DNA from: an uncultured Candidatus Saccharibacteria bacterium
GTDB lineage: Bacteria > Patescibacteriota > WWE3 > UBA101185 > UBA10185
DNA: 64,000 nucleotides
Direction of reading: 5' to 3'
Assembly: GCA_964510435.1 (NCBI GenBank)
Contig: CAZEBU010000001.1
Span: forward strand, 234,503 to 298,502
In this document: piece by piece, positions 40,465-49,970 of the stretch
Layout of the letters: each line of letters opens with the position of its first letter
Position numbering within the stretch: position 1 is the stretch's first letter
The notes under the pieces: model-generated
Database searches by the model: none
Seen by the model: only the letters and a program-made list of their open reading frames with translations
Told to the model about the DNA's origin: nothing
Program-made: the position numbers and the translations under genes

Positions 40465-40644
40465 CTAATATTCGTTATTGGACAGGAATTTTAGCGCCAT
40501 AATAGCGTACAGTATGGCACTAAAGAAGATAGCAAACCAACCGAAGAAAATTAAGCCCTCGTTGCTAGACCTAATAGCATCAAAAGCCATCAAATCTATG
40601 CCTAATAAAACTAAGAATGATAATGGTATTAGTAGTTTACCCAT
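40465..40644 (-). CDS. 59-aa two-TM protein missing from the ORF track
   Basis: Hand translation MGKLLIPLSFLVLLGIDLMAFDAIRSSNEGLIFFGWFAIFFSAILYAIMALKFLSNNEY*; TATAAT 7 nt upstream; stop abuts next ATG. Confidence 0.72.
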   Translation of the reverse strand: MGKLLIPLSFLVLLGIDLMAFDAIRSSNEGLIFFGWFAIFFSAILYAIMALKFLSNNEY

Positions 40645-40699
40645 CGCCTATATTATATAGAATTTTTACCGGAAAAGTAAACAGGGGAGAAAAGAGGTG

Positions 40700-40764
40700 G
40701 ATAAAAAGTAACACCCAGCACGGAACAAGCACTCGCCGAAGCGAAGAGTCCCGTGCCGGGTGTC
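40700..40764 (-). terminator. Long branched hairpin terminator after lipoprotein gene
   Basis: ACACCCAGCACGG...CCGTGCCGGGTGT outer stem with inner hairpin, then T tract on minus strand. Confidence 0.65.
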
Positions 40765-40783
40765 GTGGAGAGGAGGAGGAGAG

Positions 40784-41140
40784 CTACGGAAGATACTTAA
40801 GATCAAGAACTTTGAGTGAAAGGTGTTCTGCAGAGTATCCCCAAGACAATGAGGTACCATCCTTGCAATCAATGGGTCCAACAGCAATGAATGGGATTTC
40901 CCAAACAGCGTTATACCCACGATCCAAGATCACTGCTACCTGATTCCCGTCGACTATGCAAGGTTGCGACCTCGGGTCGTCAACGGGGTGCTGATTGAAC
41001 TCCTCGTAGAAACGCATAGAATCCTTGATTTCCACGATATCCTCCACATCTCCTGTTTGAAAGGGGTTGCAGGCGCTAGACAGCGCTAATGATACGAGCA
41101 AAACCCCAGAGAGAAAAAAGACCTTCCTCGTGTGCCACAT
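40784..41140 (-). CDS. Small lipoprotein (orphan unit)
   Basis: AGGAGG SD before MWHTR; lipobox LSSAC; promoter TTTACA-17-TATAAT at 41197-41225 containing CTATAGG. Confidence 0.75.
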   Translation of the reverse strand: MWHTRKVFFLSGVLLVSLALSSACNPFQTGDVEDIVEIKDSMRFYEEFNQHPVDDPRSQPCIVDGNQVAVILDRGYNAVWEIPFIAVGPIDCKDGTSLSWGYSAEHLSLKVLDLKYLP

Positions 41141-41248
41141 CTGAGCACCTCCTGATACTTTATTATTTGTAGGTCTTTTGCCTAGGTTCAAACCACATTA
41201 TATCCTATAGTTATATATGTGTAAAGCGTTGGAAGGAGAGCGTTATAG

Positions 41249-42622
41249 TTAGAACAAGAAAAAGTAACTGGCAAAACTCGCGCCTATGATAAGAAGCATG
41301 GAAACAAAGAATTTGCGTGAGAACTCCTTTTTAGCTTGAAAAAAGGCATAGAGAGACTTGCTTAAAAGATTAGCAGCGTTGACAAAAAGGAAAACAAACA
41401 AGGCAGATTCGGGAGTTATAGTTTTCTCTGCTAACTCGGCAAGGTTGATCACTACCGCATCTATTCCTGTGAGGGAAGCCATAACGGAGGTAATCAAAAA
41501 TCCTGATTGCCCAAATATAATCAAGGCTGATTTTGTTAAGGCTCTAATGAAAACCAGCAGCAAGGCAAACTTTATGGCTGGTTTGAGGGAGAATATTTTC
41601 TGATCCTCTTTCTCCTCTTTTGGCACCACTTCCTCCGGAGTTTGATGTATTTCCGAGACTACTTTTGTTTTCTTGTGATCGGTAAAGTAGAAAAATAACC
41701 CAATCAGCAGGGAAGGAATAATAATGGCAAGTAAAGTTGGCGTAATAAATACTAACCACTTGGTGTTCAAAGAGGCTACCAGTATAAAGACTTGGAAGAA
41801 ACTGGTTAAGTTAGCAAAGATAGCTGCGGAAACCAGAGTGTTTATTTTCGAGGATCTTTTGCTTTTTTGCGCCAAGGAAATAGTAGTGGATGTAGAAGAG
41901 ATAAAGCCGCCCACAGAACTGATGAGTACGATACTCTTTTTATCTCCGGTAATTTTTTTCAAAGTGTGCCCAAAGATATTTATTCCCGTGATGATAGCTA
42001 CAATGAACCACAGCCTAAAAGGATTGATCAGCTCTAGTTGTTCGAAAAAGTGAAGGTTGGCATTATAAGCTTCTAAAACAGCCCGTATTGAGGGGATGTC
42101 GGTCAGGTGGTAGGCTTGATTTGGCAAGAAGGGCAGGATGACCAGCGCAATAATAGCAAAACCTATGAAAGCGTCAATTTCGGTGCGTTTTATACCCAAA
42201 ATAAGGTTATGACTCTTTTCTTTCACCGAAAGTATCAACTGAATAACAATAGTAATGGCTATGACCAGCTGAACAGGAAAGATTTCCGAAGTGACAAAAT
42301 ATCCAACCAAAAATGAAAATATGCCGCCTAGCTCTGTAGTTAATCCCATGGATTTTATCATCCAGCCCCCCAAACCATAGTAGATAAAGATGAGTATGAA
42401 AAAGGAAACGGTAATGATTATAGAGAGATAGATATTTCCGTACAAGCTTAATAGTCCGGCAACAGCCCCCAGTAAGGAGATAAGAGAATAAGTCCTTAAA
42501 CCCCACATGTCTCCGGATTCCTTACGGGTTTCAGTATCGGTGGCGGATTCTCGTTCTAAACCTATGAGGCCGCCAAGCACAATGGCCAACAGAAGTTTAA
42601 GAGGCAGTGTTAAAGCTTCCAT
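41249..42622 (-). CDS. MgtC/SapB family protein with DUF4010 domain
   Basis: LGGLIGLERE, GLRTY, GLTTE, ILPFLPN, GGFISSTSTT. Confidence 0.9.
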   Translation of the reverse strand: MEALTLPLKLLLAIVLGGLIGLERESATDTETRKESGDMWGLRTYSLISLLGAVAGLLSLYGNIYLSIIITVSFFILIFIYYGLGGWMIKSMGLTTELGGIFSFLVGYFVTSEIFPVQLVIAITIVIQLILSVKEKSHNLILGIKRTEIDAFIGFAIIALVILPFLPNQAYHLTDIPSIRAVLEAYNANLHFFEQLELINPFRLWFIVAIITGINIFGHTLKKITGDKKSIVLISSVGGFISSTSTTISLAQKSKRSSKINTLVSAAIFANLTSFFQVFILVASLNTKWLVFITPTLLAIIIPSLLIGLFFYFTDHKKTKVVSEIHQTPEEVVPKEEKEDQKIFSLKPAIKFALLLVFIRALTKSALIIFGQSGFLITSVMASLTGIDAVVINLAELAEKTITPESALFVFLFVNAANLLSKSLYAFFQAKKEFSRKFFVSMLLIIGASFASYFFLF

Positions 42623-42663
42623 TAACTAACTATAAAAAAGTATTACTCTTTTGTCTATGAAAG

Positions 42664-44049
42664 TTAATTTACCAAGTTGCTTACAGCGTTAACCAACTCC
42701 TGATAATTAAAGTACCTGTAGAGCTCATCCCGCCAGTTGACTGATGTGATGTTTACCATTGGGTCAACGCCCTTCCCTTCTATAGGTACGCCGTCTTCTC
42801 TTAAGGTTAAACTATGTACTAAAAGCACCGAATAAGTTTCGTTTTCCGGATCCAGCTGGTTATTGAGTTTAAAGACACTTTCTACGCTGCCCCAGCCCTT
42901 GGTAGGCTCACCGACAACAACACCCACATTATATTTTTTAAGCACAGAAGCAAAAACCTCCGCAGAAGATTGAGCCTCTCCGTCTATTAATATAACCACT
43001 TTCTTATATCTTATTAAGCTAGTCATCCAGCCTGTTTTGGTAGTAAAGTCCTCTTTTTCTCCTCTGCTGAAAAATTGATAGGCGTATTGATTGGGGCCAA
43101 TAAAAGGGCCTAAGAAATAAGGCAGTCCGTCAATTGCACCTCCAATGTTTCCTCTAAGATCAATGATAAGTGTATCGAGTTCATTTCCTTGATCCACTTT
43201 GTCCATGACACGCTGTAATTCTTCAACCGTGGTGGGTGAAAATTTGGTGATGTGAATGTAGAAAATCCTTGGTGAAATAAGTCTATTTTCTATGGTGGGG
43301 TCAACGCCTAACTCGTCGTAGACGTTTTTATTTCCGGAGTCTCCCAAAACCTCAAAGGCTTTTTCCAGCACAACTTTTTCTTGCTTGACTTCCGGCGTCT
43401 GTTCTTTCTGATTTAATTCCGCAACTTTATTTTGATAGGCAAGTGCCACCGCCTCAATGGATGCTTCTTTCTCTACCTCAAGGGAATCGTAATGGTTTAC
43501 GTTAGGATTTATGTTCTTTACCGTATCGGCAAGCTCTTTTTGTTTTTTTGAATTGTAAAGTCTACTCCTTCCAAAAGGTTCCAGGTTGGCTAGTATAATA
43601 TCGGATAGCTGAACCGTAAATTCTTTCTTTTCTTCCTCCGTCATATCCCTCATAGTTTCTTTAAGAAGTGTCCCAAGTGCGTCTCTCGTAGCGGGAGCCG
43701 CGGGAATTGCTTCCTCTGTTAGTTTCTCTATGGCTAATTTTGCTACATTTCCTAACTGCTCGTCGCTGAGGTTGTTCCAGTGCTTGTTTTTAATGAGATC
43801 ATAAATTTCGAAGAAAAAAGCAGTGTATTTATCATCATCTACCGTTCTTGTTCCGGCAATATCATCAAAAATGGAACTGTCCGGAAGAACATCCTCCCAC
43901 TTATTACCAAGAGGAGACTCCCTTCCCATTACGGTAATAACGGTAATGGTCAAAACAGCGATAATAGTAATGATCTGCTTTCTCTTGAGTTCGATCTTTT
44001 TTATGTTTAGCTTAGGAATACTAAATTTAAATTTAGGCAAACGTTTCAT
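42664..44049 (-). CDS. S41 (CtpA-like) peptidase with J-domain-like insert in place of PDZ
   Basis: IIDLRGNIGG, SSAEVFA, GEPTKGWG, IEGKGVDP; insert HYDSLEV..AY..AFEVLGD..YDELG. Confidence 0.82.
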   Translation of the reverse strand: MKRLPKFKFSIPKLNIKKIELKRKQIITIIAVLTITVITVMGRESPLGNKWEDVLPDSSIFDDIAGTRTVDDDKYTAFFFEIYDLIKNKHWNNLSDEQLGNVAKLAIEKLTEEAIPAAPATRDALGTLLKETMRDMTEEEKKEFTVQLSDIILANLEPFGRSRLYNSKKQKELADTVKNINPNVNHYDSLEVEKEASIEAVALAYQNKVAELNQKEQTPEVKQEKVVLEKAFEVLGDSGNKNVYDELGVDPTIENRLISPRIFYIHITKFSPTTVEELQRVMDKVDQGNELDTLIIDLRGNIGGAIDGLPYFLGPFIGPNQYAYQFFSRGEKEDFTTKTGWMTSLIRYKKVVILIDGEAQSSAEVFASVLKKYNVGVVVGEPTKGWGSVESVFKLNNQLDPENETYSVLLVHSLTLREDGVPIEGKGVDPMVNITSVNWRDELYRYFNYQELVNAVSNLVN

Positions 44050-44112
44050 ATCTTAAATAATATAACACACATGTTGTAACGGAAATAATAAAAGGCTAAG
44101 ATGTTTTACTAC

Positions 44113-44445
44113 TTAGAATCTAGTCAACGTAATAAGGACAAGCGTTACAAAAAAGAACAACCACACCGCGGTGTAAGTTACTAATCTTATGGCACTTTGC
44201 GTATCTTTGTGGTCCCAAAAGAGAATTATTGGATATCCAAAAGCCAGCAAGGCACAAATAAGTACTGATGCTACAAGAAGCGCCAAAAATAATAAAGGCC
44301 CAAGGAAAGTTCTTATTGGACCAAAGAACTCGCTACTTATCCAGATCAGGAAACCTACCAAGCTGCAATAAAGAAAGATCCCAAAAGCTTGTAAGAATCC
44401 AAGAAAAGTTAGAGAAAACCTCGACAATTTTTTAAAAGGAATCAT
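44113..44445 (-). CDS. Three-TM hypothetical membrane protein
   Basis: Hydrophobic 110-aa ORF; TATAAT just upstream. Confidence 0.7.
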   Translation of the reverse strand: MIPFKKLSRFSLTFLGFLQAFGIFLYCSLVGFLIWISSEFFGPIRTFLGPLLFLALLVASVLICALLAFGYPIILFWDHKDTQSAIRLVTYTAVWLFFFVTLVLITLTRF

Positions 44446-44473
44446 CTTGATTAGATTATATCACTTTAGGAAC

Positions 44474-44974
44474 TTAAAAATTAACCGTATCGCCTACACC
44501 GGTACCGTTTTCTATTGACCATCCGCCGTTTACCTCTAAAACATACATCACAGGATACTTTGAACTGTAAGAGAGACAGGGACTTTCCAAGCAGGGCAGC
44601 GCGCTGTGTTCTATGTGGACTATTTTTTTATCTTTGTTAACCCAGATGATATCCAGGGGGATTTTGGTATTCTTCATCCAGAAGGAACGGCGAGATTCGT
44701 TATCGAAAATAAAAAGCATGCCATCATTTTGTGCGAGGTTTCTTCGAAACATCAAACCCAAAGAGCGCTCTTTGTTGTTGACGGCCACCTCTGCATTAAT
44801 AGTCGTGTTGTTTATTTGCACCGGTATTTTGTTTTCATCATTACTTTTAGTGAGGGACAGATAGGCTATAAGTAAGATAACGGCAAGAAAAAATGCATGT
44901 GCAGCCTTAAATTCGTATTTTGGCCTCTTTTTTGTTCGAAAGGATACCAGTTTTCTTAACTTTGAAAAACACAT
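44474..44974 (-). CDS. DUF192 family protein
   Basis: GLMFR, GMLFIF, FWMKNTKIPLDII, YVLEVNGG. Confidence 0.93.
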   Translation of the reverse strand: MCFSKLRKLVSFRTKKRPKYEFKAAHAFFLAVILLIAYLSLTKSNDENKIPVQINNTTINAEVAVNNKERSLGLMFRRNLAQNDGMLFIFDNESRRSFWMKNTKIPLDIIWVNKDKKIVHIEHSALPCLESPCLSYSSKYPVMYVLEVNGGWSIENGTGVGDTVNF

Positions 44975-45102
44975 TAGTTATAAAATTTTAACAAACAAAA
45001 CTGTGTAAATTAATGATCTATTTTTTAAACAAGATTTTCCCTATAACCATTATCATTTATTTAGTTGCTTAGTTTTTTTGGATATTTTGATATAATTTTC
45101 CT

Positions 45103-45393
45103 ATGGCAGAAAAATTAAAAAAAGAAGGGAAACCAAAAGGCAAAAAATTTAAGGTACTTCTTATTGCCCTAGGCGCCTTTGTCCTACTTGTACTAATAGG
45201 AGTGCTCACGGGAGTCATTCGTACAGATACCGATGGCAACTACTGCAATAAGTATGTTATAGATAATTACACTACGGAAGAGGGAATAAAAGAGGAAGTC
45301 TTTGTGAAAAGATTTAACGAATGTCTGGAAAGCCGGGGTGTGACACAAGAGTATTGGTTAAGACCAAGCTCATTTACCCCTCCAAATAGATAG
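45103..45393 (+). CDS. Small single-TM hypothetical protein
   Basis: Basic N-terminus, TM, Cys pair; leaderless TATAAT. Confidence 0.65.
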   Translation: MAEKLKKEGKPKGKKFKVLLIALGAFVLLVLIGVLTGVIRTDTDGNYCNKYVIDNYTTEEGIKEEVFVKRFNECLESRGVTQEYWLRPSSFTPPNR

Positions 45394-45418
45394 CGGCTTT
45401 AGGTGTAACAGGAAGCTA

Positions 45419-45667
45419 TTAGGCAAGAAAAACCTCATCACCGTCTCTGACTTTTTCCGCAACCTTTATACCCACCTCCTGGCCCTTTTTAGCCTTTTCA
45501 ATATCTTTGCGGTCGTATTGCATTTGGGCAACTTCTTGCTCCACGTCTGTAGTGTGGCCGACAATTTTGATAGTATCACCCACTTTTAAATCAGCACCTA
45601 GTTTGATAATGCCTACTCCGAGATCTGTATAATAATGTGTTATTTCGCCTATCTTTTTATCTGGCAT
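45419..45667 (-). CDS. Small beta-barrel protein (EF-Tu domain-2 / U32 C-terminal-like)
   Basis: IGEITHYY..LGVGII, LKVGDTI, AKKGQEVGIKV, VRDGDEV. Confidence 0.8.
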   Translation of the reverse strand: MPDKKIGEITHYYTDLGVGIIKLGADLKVGDTIKIVGHTTDVEQEVAQMQYDRKDIEKAKKGQEVGIKVAEKVRDGDEVFLA

Positions 45668-45734
45668 TTACTACACCCCCTTTTAGGAAAGTACAATTAC
45701 TGCCATTATATCAGGAAATAACAAATGTAGTAGT

Positions 45735-45773
45735 AAAAAAGGGCACCGCCTGATTGGTTATCAGTGGTGCCCA
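45735..45773 (-). terminator. Terminator of fbp
   Basis: GGGCACC...GGTGCCC plus T tract on minus strand. Confidence 0.7.
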
Positions 45774-45801
45774 GGTGGGCTAGGTGTGAATTTGCATTTT
45801 G

Positions 45802-46914
45802 CTACTCCTCGACCCTGAACTCAGCATCAAGATCCTTCATGGTTTTCTTGAAAGCGCTGTACTCAAGTTCGTCGAAAGGGAGCATAGCTGCGCCCACAAA
45901 GCCCTGCTCACGCATGTAGTCTCCCTTGCGCTGTGCTTTGAGTCTAGTGGCATCCCAAACCGGATTCCCGAACATGTCTACGGGATTGGAAAGTATGCCA
46001 GCTTGGTTAACGGAGTAGGCTAAGCAGGAGACAATGGGTAGGCAATACGAGCCGGTTACCGGTGTACTTATAGCCACAGGCATAACAGGCATGTGGTGGC
46101 TTCCTCGGGCATCGCCTGCTGTGTAATGAGCAGTTGTCCAAGGGCTGACCACTTCTTCGGGAGCAGGGAAGAACTTTTGCACCCGAACAATAGCCACGGG
46201 GTCATCTTTTCCCTTGTACTCCCCGGCAATACTATGAAGTCTGTCGGTTGAGATGGAAACTACCTGTTGTTTTGGGTAGGTGTTGGAGTGGATAGCCTTG
46301 ATGCCAAATTTGTTCTCATCTCTAAGAAGGAAAGCCAGCTCCACGGCCTTGACCTTTCCGTTGAGGACAATCACTCTATCCTTTCCGACATGGTCCATGT
46401 CAATTACCGTAAAGGTGAATCCGGAGAGCATATTCGGGAGCATTAACCCCGCGCAGTACATGGGGTTGGTGAAGACATTCCAGAATGGAAAGTTGAAGAC
46501 ACCAGGACCACACTTATCGGCCGCAAATACTAAGAAGGGTTCGGATTCCCTTTCCTCGGCCTTTTCATCAAAAGTGATCTCGGCGACACCAGGCCCGGCA
46601 CCACGCACATTTCCTGAGGGAGCGTCGACAAGAAGATCCTGACCAGCACCGTATAGACCATCTTTCTTTGCCTCATCCGTGGCTGCTTCAAAAATCCTCC
46701 AGGCTAGCTGGTGAATGTCTTCGTTTAGATCACCATATCTGTGGGACATCAGAAGGCACAGATCATCACCGGTGAACGTCACCCGATGATCGATGAACTC
46801 TGACATCTGCGCATCCTCAAGCATCTCAGAAGCTACTTCGAGCATTCTGTCAGAGGGGCGGGTATGGCCTCCAATGCTACCCACGTCGGCCTTGATGCAA
46901 CTAATTGTAAGCAT
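45802..46914 (-). CDS. fbp: Bifunctional fructose-1,6-bisphosphate aldolase/phosphatase (class V FBPase)
   Basis: IKADVGSIGGH, GDD, LYGAGQDLL, GNVRG.GPGVAE, ADK, YKGKDDP, RGSH. Confidence 0.95.
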   Translation of the reverse strand: MLTISCIKADVGSIGGHTRPSDRMLEVASEMLEDAQMSEFIDHRVTFTGDDLCLLMSHRYGDLNEDIHQLAWRIFEAATDEAKKDGLYGAGQDLLVDAPSGNVRGAGPGVAEITFDEKAEERESEPFLVFAADKCGPGVFNFPFWNVFTNPMYCAGLMLPNMLSGFTFTVIDMDHVGKDRVIVLNGKVKAVELAFLLRDENKFGIKAIHSNTYPKQQVVSISTDRLHSIAGEYKGKDDPVAIVRVQKFFPAPEEVVSPWTTAHYTAGDARGSHHMPVMPVAISTPVTGSYCLPIVSCLAYSVNQAGILSNPVDMFGNPVWDATRLKAQRKGDYMREQGFVGAAMLPFDELEYSAFKKTMKDLDAEFRVEE

Positions 46915-47004
46915 GCTTTTCTCCTTTTCTAATACGTTAACGGATATTTATTTGTCAATATTGCTATAACTAAGATTGGCAAAAAGGAGTATATCAAAAA
47001 AATC

Positions 47005-47784
47005 TCAGGAACGCTTGGACACCAGTATTTTCAATAAGAATAAGAAGAAGATCCCTCCAATGATTGTTTTTACATTTTTGTGGGCAAGTATATCTTCAAG
47101 GTTTTTTAAAAGAATACTTTCTCTTGATATCTTCTCATCTCTACGTATGACCTCTTCTGACGTACCTGCGATCTCTGCTGTTCCCATAACCGTATCCAAT
47201 AATATTGAGTATTCGATTTCTAGTTTAGGGGGAATATTGGTATTACTCGAAAGGAATATTTTTTGGTAACCGGAATTTTTAGCACCTTCCAACTGAAAAC
47301 CAAAAATAACGTTTTTATTATTTGTCCATTCTTGCACTAGATCGGTAAGATTAAACCTGGTGTAACCTTGCAAATCTTCGGCAGCCGTAGGGAATTTATT
47401 ACCGATCGTTTTTGGCCGAGTATTCCAAGTAACTGTAGATTGTTCCCAATCCTCTTGCAGCAACATGGCGCTGAAAGGAACGTCTTTGTCGTCGGATTCT
47501 GGTTTCAAGGCGAGTACAAGGTTAGCCGACTCTATTTTAGCGAGATCCGGTATTTCGGAGAGGTCAAAATCAAGAAAGGTTATGTGTTGCGTACCGCTTC
47601 CTTCGGTATAAGATACGCGAAGGACAGCCAGACTACCTGTAGTTTGATCAGAGTAGCGGTTGGTTAGGGAGACCTCCTTTGTAGGGTTTAGGATTAGAGA
47701 TCCCTCTGCGAATATAGTACGGTAGGAGGTTATGGTTATGAACAGAAAGTAAAATATTACAGTGTAGATTGCTTTTTTTGACAC
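47005..47784 (-). CDS. Secreted/anchored DNRLRE (CBM96-like) domain protein
   Basis: FLDFDLSEIP..KIESANLVL, W....VTWNTRP, NLTDLVQEW, PKLEIEY; C-terminal TM. Confidence 0.78.
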   Translation of the reverse strand: MSKKAIYTVIFYFLFITITSYRTIFAEGSLILNPTKEVSLTNRYSDQTTGSLAVLRVSYTEGSGTQHITFLDFDLSEIPDLAKIESANLVLALKPESDDKDVPFSAMLLQEDWEQSTVTWNTRPKTIGNKFPTAAEDLQGYTRFNLTDLVQEWTNNKNVIFGFQLEGAKNSGYQKIFLSSNTNIPPKLEIEYSILLDTVMGTAEIAGTSEEVIRRDEKISRESILLKNLEDILAHKNVKTIIGGIFFLFLLKILVSKRS

Positions 47785-47854
47785 AAGCCAAGTCTACGAT
47801 ATGGCGAGTTTGCTAGTCAAGTTTGGTAAAAAAGAAAGCTCTGGTATTTGGGGG

Positions 47855-48604
47855 TTAGATACCAGAGCCTTGGTTGTTGACTCGAAAGGCGATTGTTTCA
47901 TGTTCCCACTGAGCGTTAGTGACAGTTTTGAAACGTTGAAACCAATCACTTTGTTTTTTTAGACTCTTGTTACGGCCCTTATCTACAAGAAGTAAGGTAT
48001 CCGGGAAGTTAGCTCTCAACATTGCCAGCTGCCACAATATGCGTTCAACAACGGCGATGTCATACCTCCCTCGCGATAGTGCCTCGGTCATATCAGCAGG
48101 AGTTAGGGGAAGTTTGCTGTCAAAAACCACCATGAGAAAGTTCAAATTAAAGCGTTTTCTCAGATGAGCAAGCACGTCTTTAGTAGGAACTGCTTTTTGA
48201 AGCCAAACACACGTTTCTTTTCCACGATACAATTGTTCGTTTGTACTTCTCAGATTAAGGCTCGCACGTAATATTCTGTCAAACCTTAAGAATCGATGGT
48301 AACCCTTAGCCTCAACCCAGTCTGCCTCGGATTGTTCACATGGCCTAGTGACAGGCTTTATCGGACGGTATCCGTTTTGGGTGAGCCCAATAAATATCTC
48401 ATCCGGTGAAACAAGAACCAGTTCACTGCAACCTGAATCTTCAAAAAATGCGGCAACTTCCTCATGACCCTTCCACCTATACGGGTATTTCCTGATATTT
48501 ACTTTGCTAGAAAAACCTTTCTCCAAGGTGGCGATTTGAATATCACGAGGATCGTGTCTTGACCCCCAAAAGACGTCTACAACATCAAACATGCCCATAT
48601 CCAC
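47855..48604 (-). CDS. Hypothetical protein (orphan unit)
   Basis: 249-aa ORF; CTATAGG at 48665-48671 upstream; terminator tail TTCTTTTTT near 47830. Confidence 0.65.
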   Translation of the reverse strand: MDMGMFDVVDVFWGSRHDPRDIQIATLEKGFSSKVNIRKYPYRWKGHEEVAAFFEDSGCSELVLVSPDEIFIGLTQNGYRPIKPVTRPCEQSEADWVEAKGYHRFLRFDRILRASLNLRSTNEQLYRGKETCVWLQKAVPTKDVLAHLRKRFNLNFLMVVFDSKLPLTPADMTEALSRGRYDIAVVERILWQLAMLRANFPDTLLLVDKGRNKSLKKQSDWFQRFKTVTNAQWEHETIAFRVNNQGSGI

Positions 48605-48700
48605 TCTCCGTTTTCATTATATTATCGACTGTTGCAGGTATTATAGCACATTTCCGGAAATAGGCTATAGGATTACATTGTGCAAATAATTAATGAATAA

Positions 48701-48910
48701 TCAATTGAGAATAACCAAAAGACCTAGAATAATTAAGTGGAAAACCTGATGAAATTCGTAAAAATAAAATACTGGGACGAAAAATACTGTGTAGACGAGG
48801 CTGTGCACTAACAAAGGAAAATATTGCTTAGTTTTGTTTATGGCCTCCCAATGAGTTTGAAAAAGCCAATCGGCGATAAGATGTGTAAGGAATAAGAAAT
48901 AGGGCCTCAA
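48701..48910 (-). pseudogene. DUF3307 family remnant with apparent internal deletion
   Basis: HLIADWLFQ..K..LLVHS..Y N-part joined directly to C-terminal QVFH; central H..ID segment missing. Confidence 0.6.
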
Positions 48911-48986
48911 ATGGTGTTAAGTTCATTTGGGCTTATTCTAACACAACAGCAAATAGTATAATGAGTAGCAAGGGTATTCTAACAAC

Positions 48987-49015
48987 TTGACTCCATACGT
49001 ATTATAGGCTATAAT
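48987..49015 (+). promoter_or_regulatory. sigma70 promoter with TTATAGG box variant
   Basis: TTGACT-17-TATAAT; TTATAGG at 49002-49008. Confidence 0.65.
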
Positions 49016-49063
49016 GCATGAGTTCTTTGAAAACCCTTGAATCCCTTAAGTGGGTAAGGAAAA

Positions 49064-49894
49064 ATGACAATAAAATCTAAAAAAGAAAATCGAGAATCAT
49101 TATTGAAATCTCTGCAAGAGTGGCACGAGAATCTTGGCATAGAGAATTTCCCCCAAAGGTTTGGTATTACCACCAACGAAAAGAAGTTTAGAGAAATCTC
49201 CTTTAGAGTAAAAAAGAATACCCTAGAAAGCGAAGCAACTGCTGACGATGTAATTGTTAGCAAACAGACGATCTACGGGATGAACCACACCGTTGCAGGG
49301 TATTCGGTAAGTTATAGAGTGTGGTTACCTTCGGATGAGGGTAAGTTTCCGGGATACATTACTGTAAGGTTTAGTCTTTATGTTAGCGTCGTCGCTATTG
49401 TAAAGGTTGGGGATTTCTTTATTGCAGTTGAGCACGACAACTTTCCTCTGCAGGCCAAAGCTATAAGTATGCCAAGAATGTTTGGTGTAACTGAGTCAAA
49501 GGATCTTGATGCGTTGGGTAAACTTCTTATTGAGAAAGAGTACCCTTTTCTGCTCGATAACATAGAATCTTATCGTATAAGGCAGTTAGGGAATACTGTA
49601 TTTCAGGATCCATCCTCTAGATATGAGAAGACGCTGTCACTATTGATCGAACTAACTCTGAAAGAGAATGTGCGATCTAAGGAGGAATTGGCTGGGTATC
49701 TAGACCACCGAAACAAGGAGATGATCTTGCATCATATTTTTCACGATTCAGAAGTGAGAGAGATTTTTAAAAATCAACTGCTTATAAGAGACACAAAAAC
49801 AGTCAGTGAGGACGACAATCTTACTTTTAGAGAGACATATAGCCTTTGGGCTTTAGCTTCATATTACTTTTCTACTGATAAAGATTTTTCGTAA
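49064..49894 (+). CDS. Hypothetical protein, possibly degenerate Nudix fold
   Basis: 276 aa; VSVVAIVK..FIAVEH..FP...ISMPR loosely resembles ADP-ribose pyrophosphatase. Confidence 0.6.
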   Translation: MTIKSKKENRESLLKSLQEWHENLGIENFPQRFGITTNEKKFREISFRVKKNTLESEATADDVIVSKQTIYGMNHTVAGYSVSYRVWLPSDEGKFPGYITVRFSLYVSVVAIVKVGDFFIAVEHDNFPLQAKAISMPRMFGVTESKDLDALGKLLIEKEYPFLLDNIESYRIRQLGNTVFQDPSSRYEKTLSLLIELTLKENVRSKEELAGYLDHRNKEMILHHIFHDSEVREIFKNQLLIRDTKTVSEDDNLTFRETYSLWALASYYFSTDKDFS

Positions 49895-49970
49895 AACAAT
49901 TTAAATATTTTATTTTAGGACCTTTTTTATATTTTATGGTCATTTTTCCAAACAAATAGTAATAGGAATT

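Noticed and set aside
1187-42786. CTATAGG copies at 1187, 10981 and 42780
   Set aside because: Inside coding sequences with no promoter context; treated as background.
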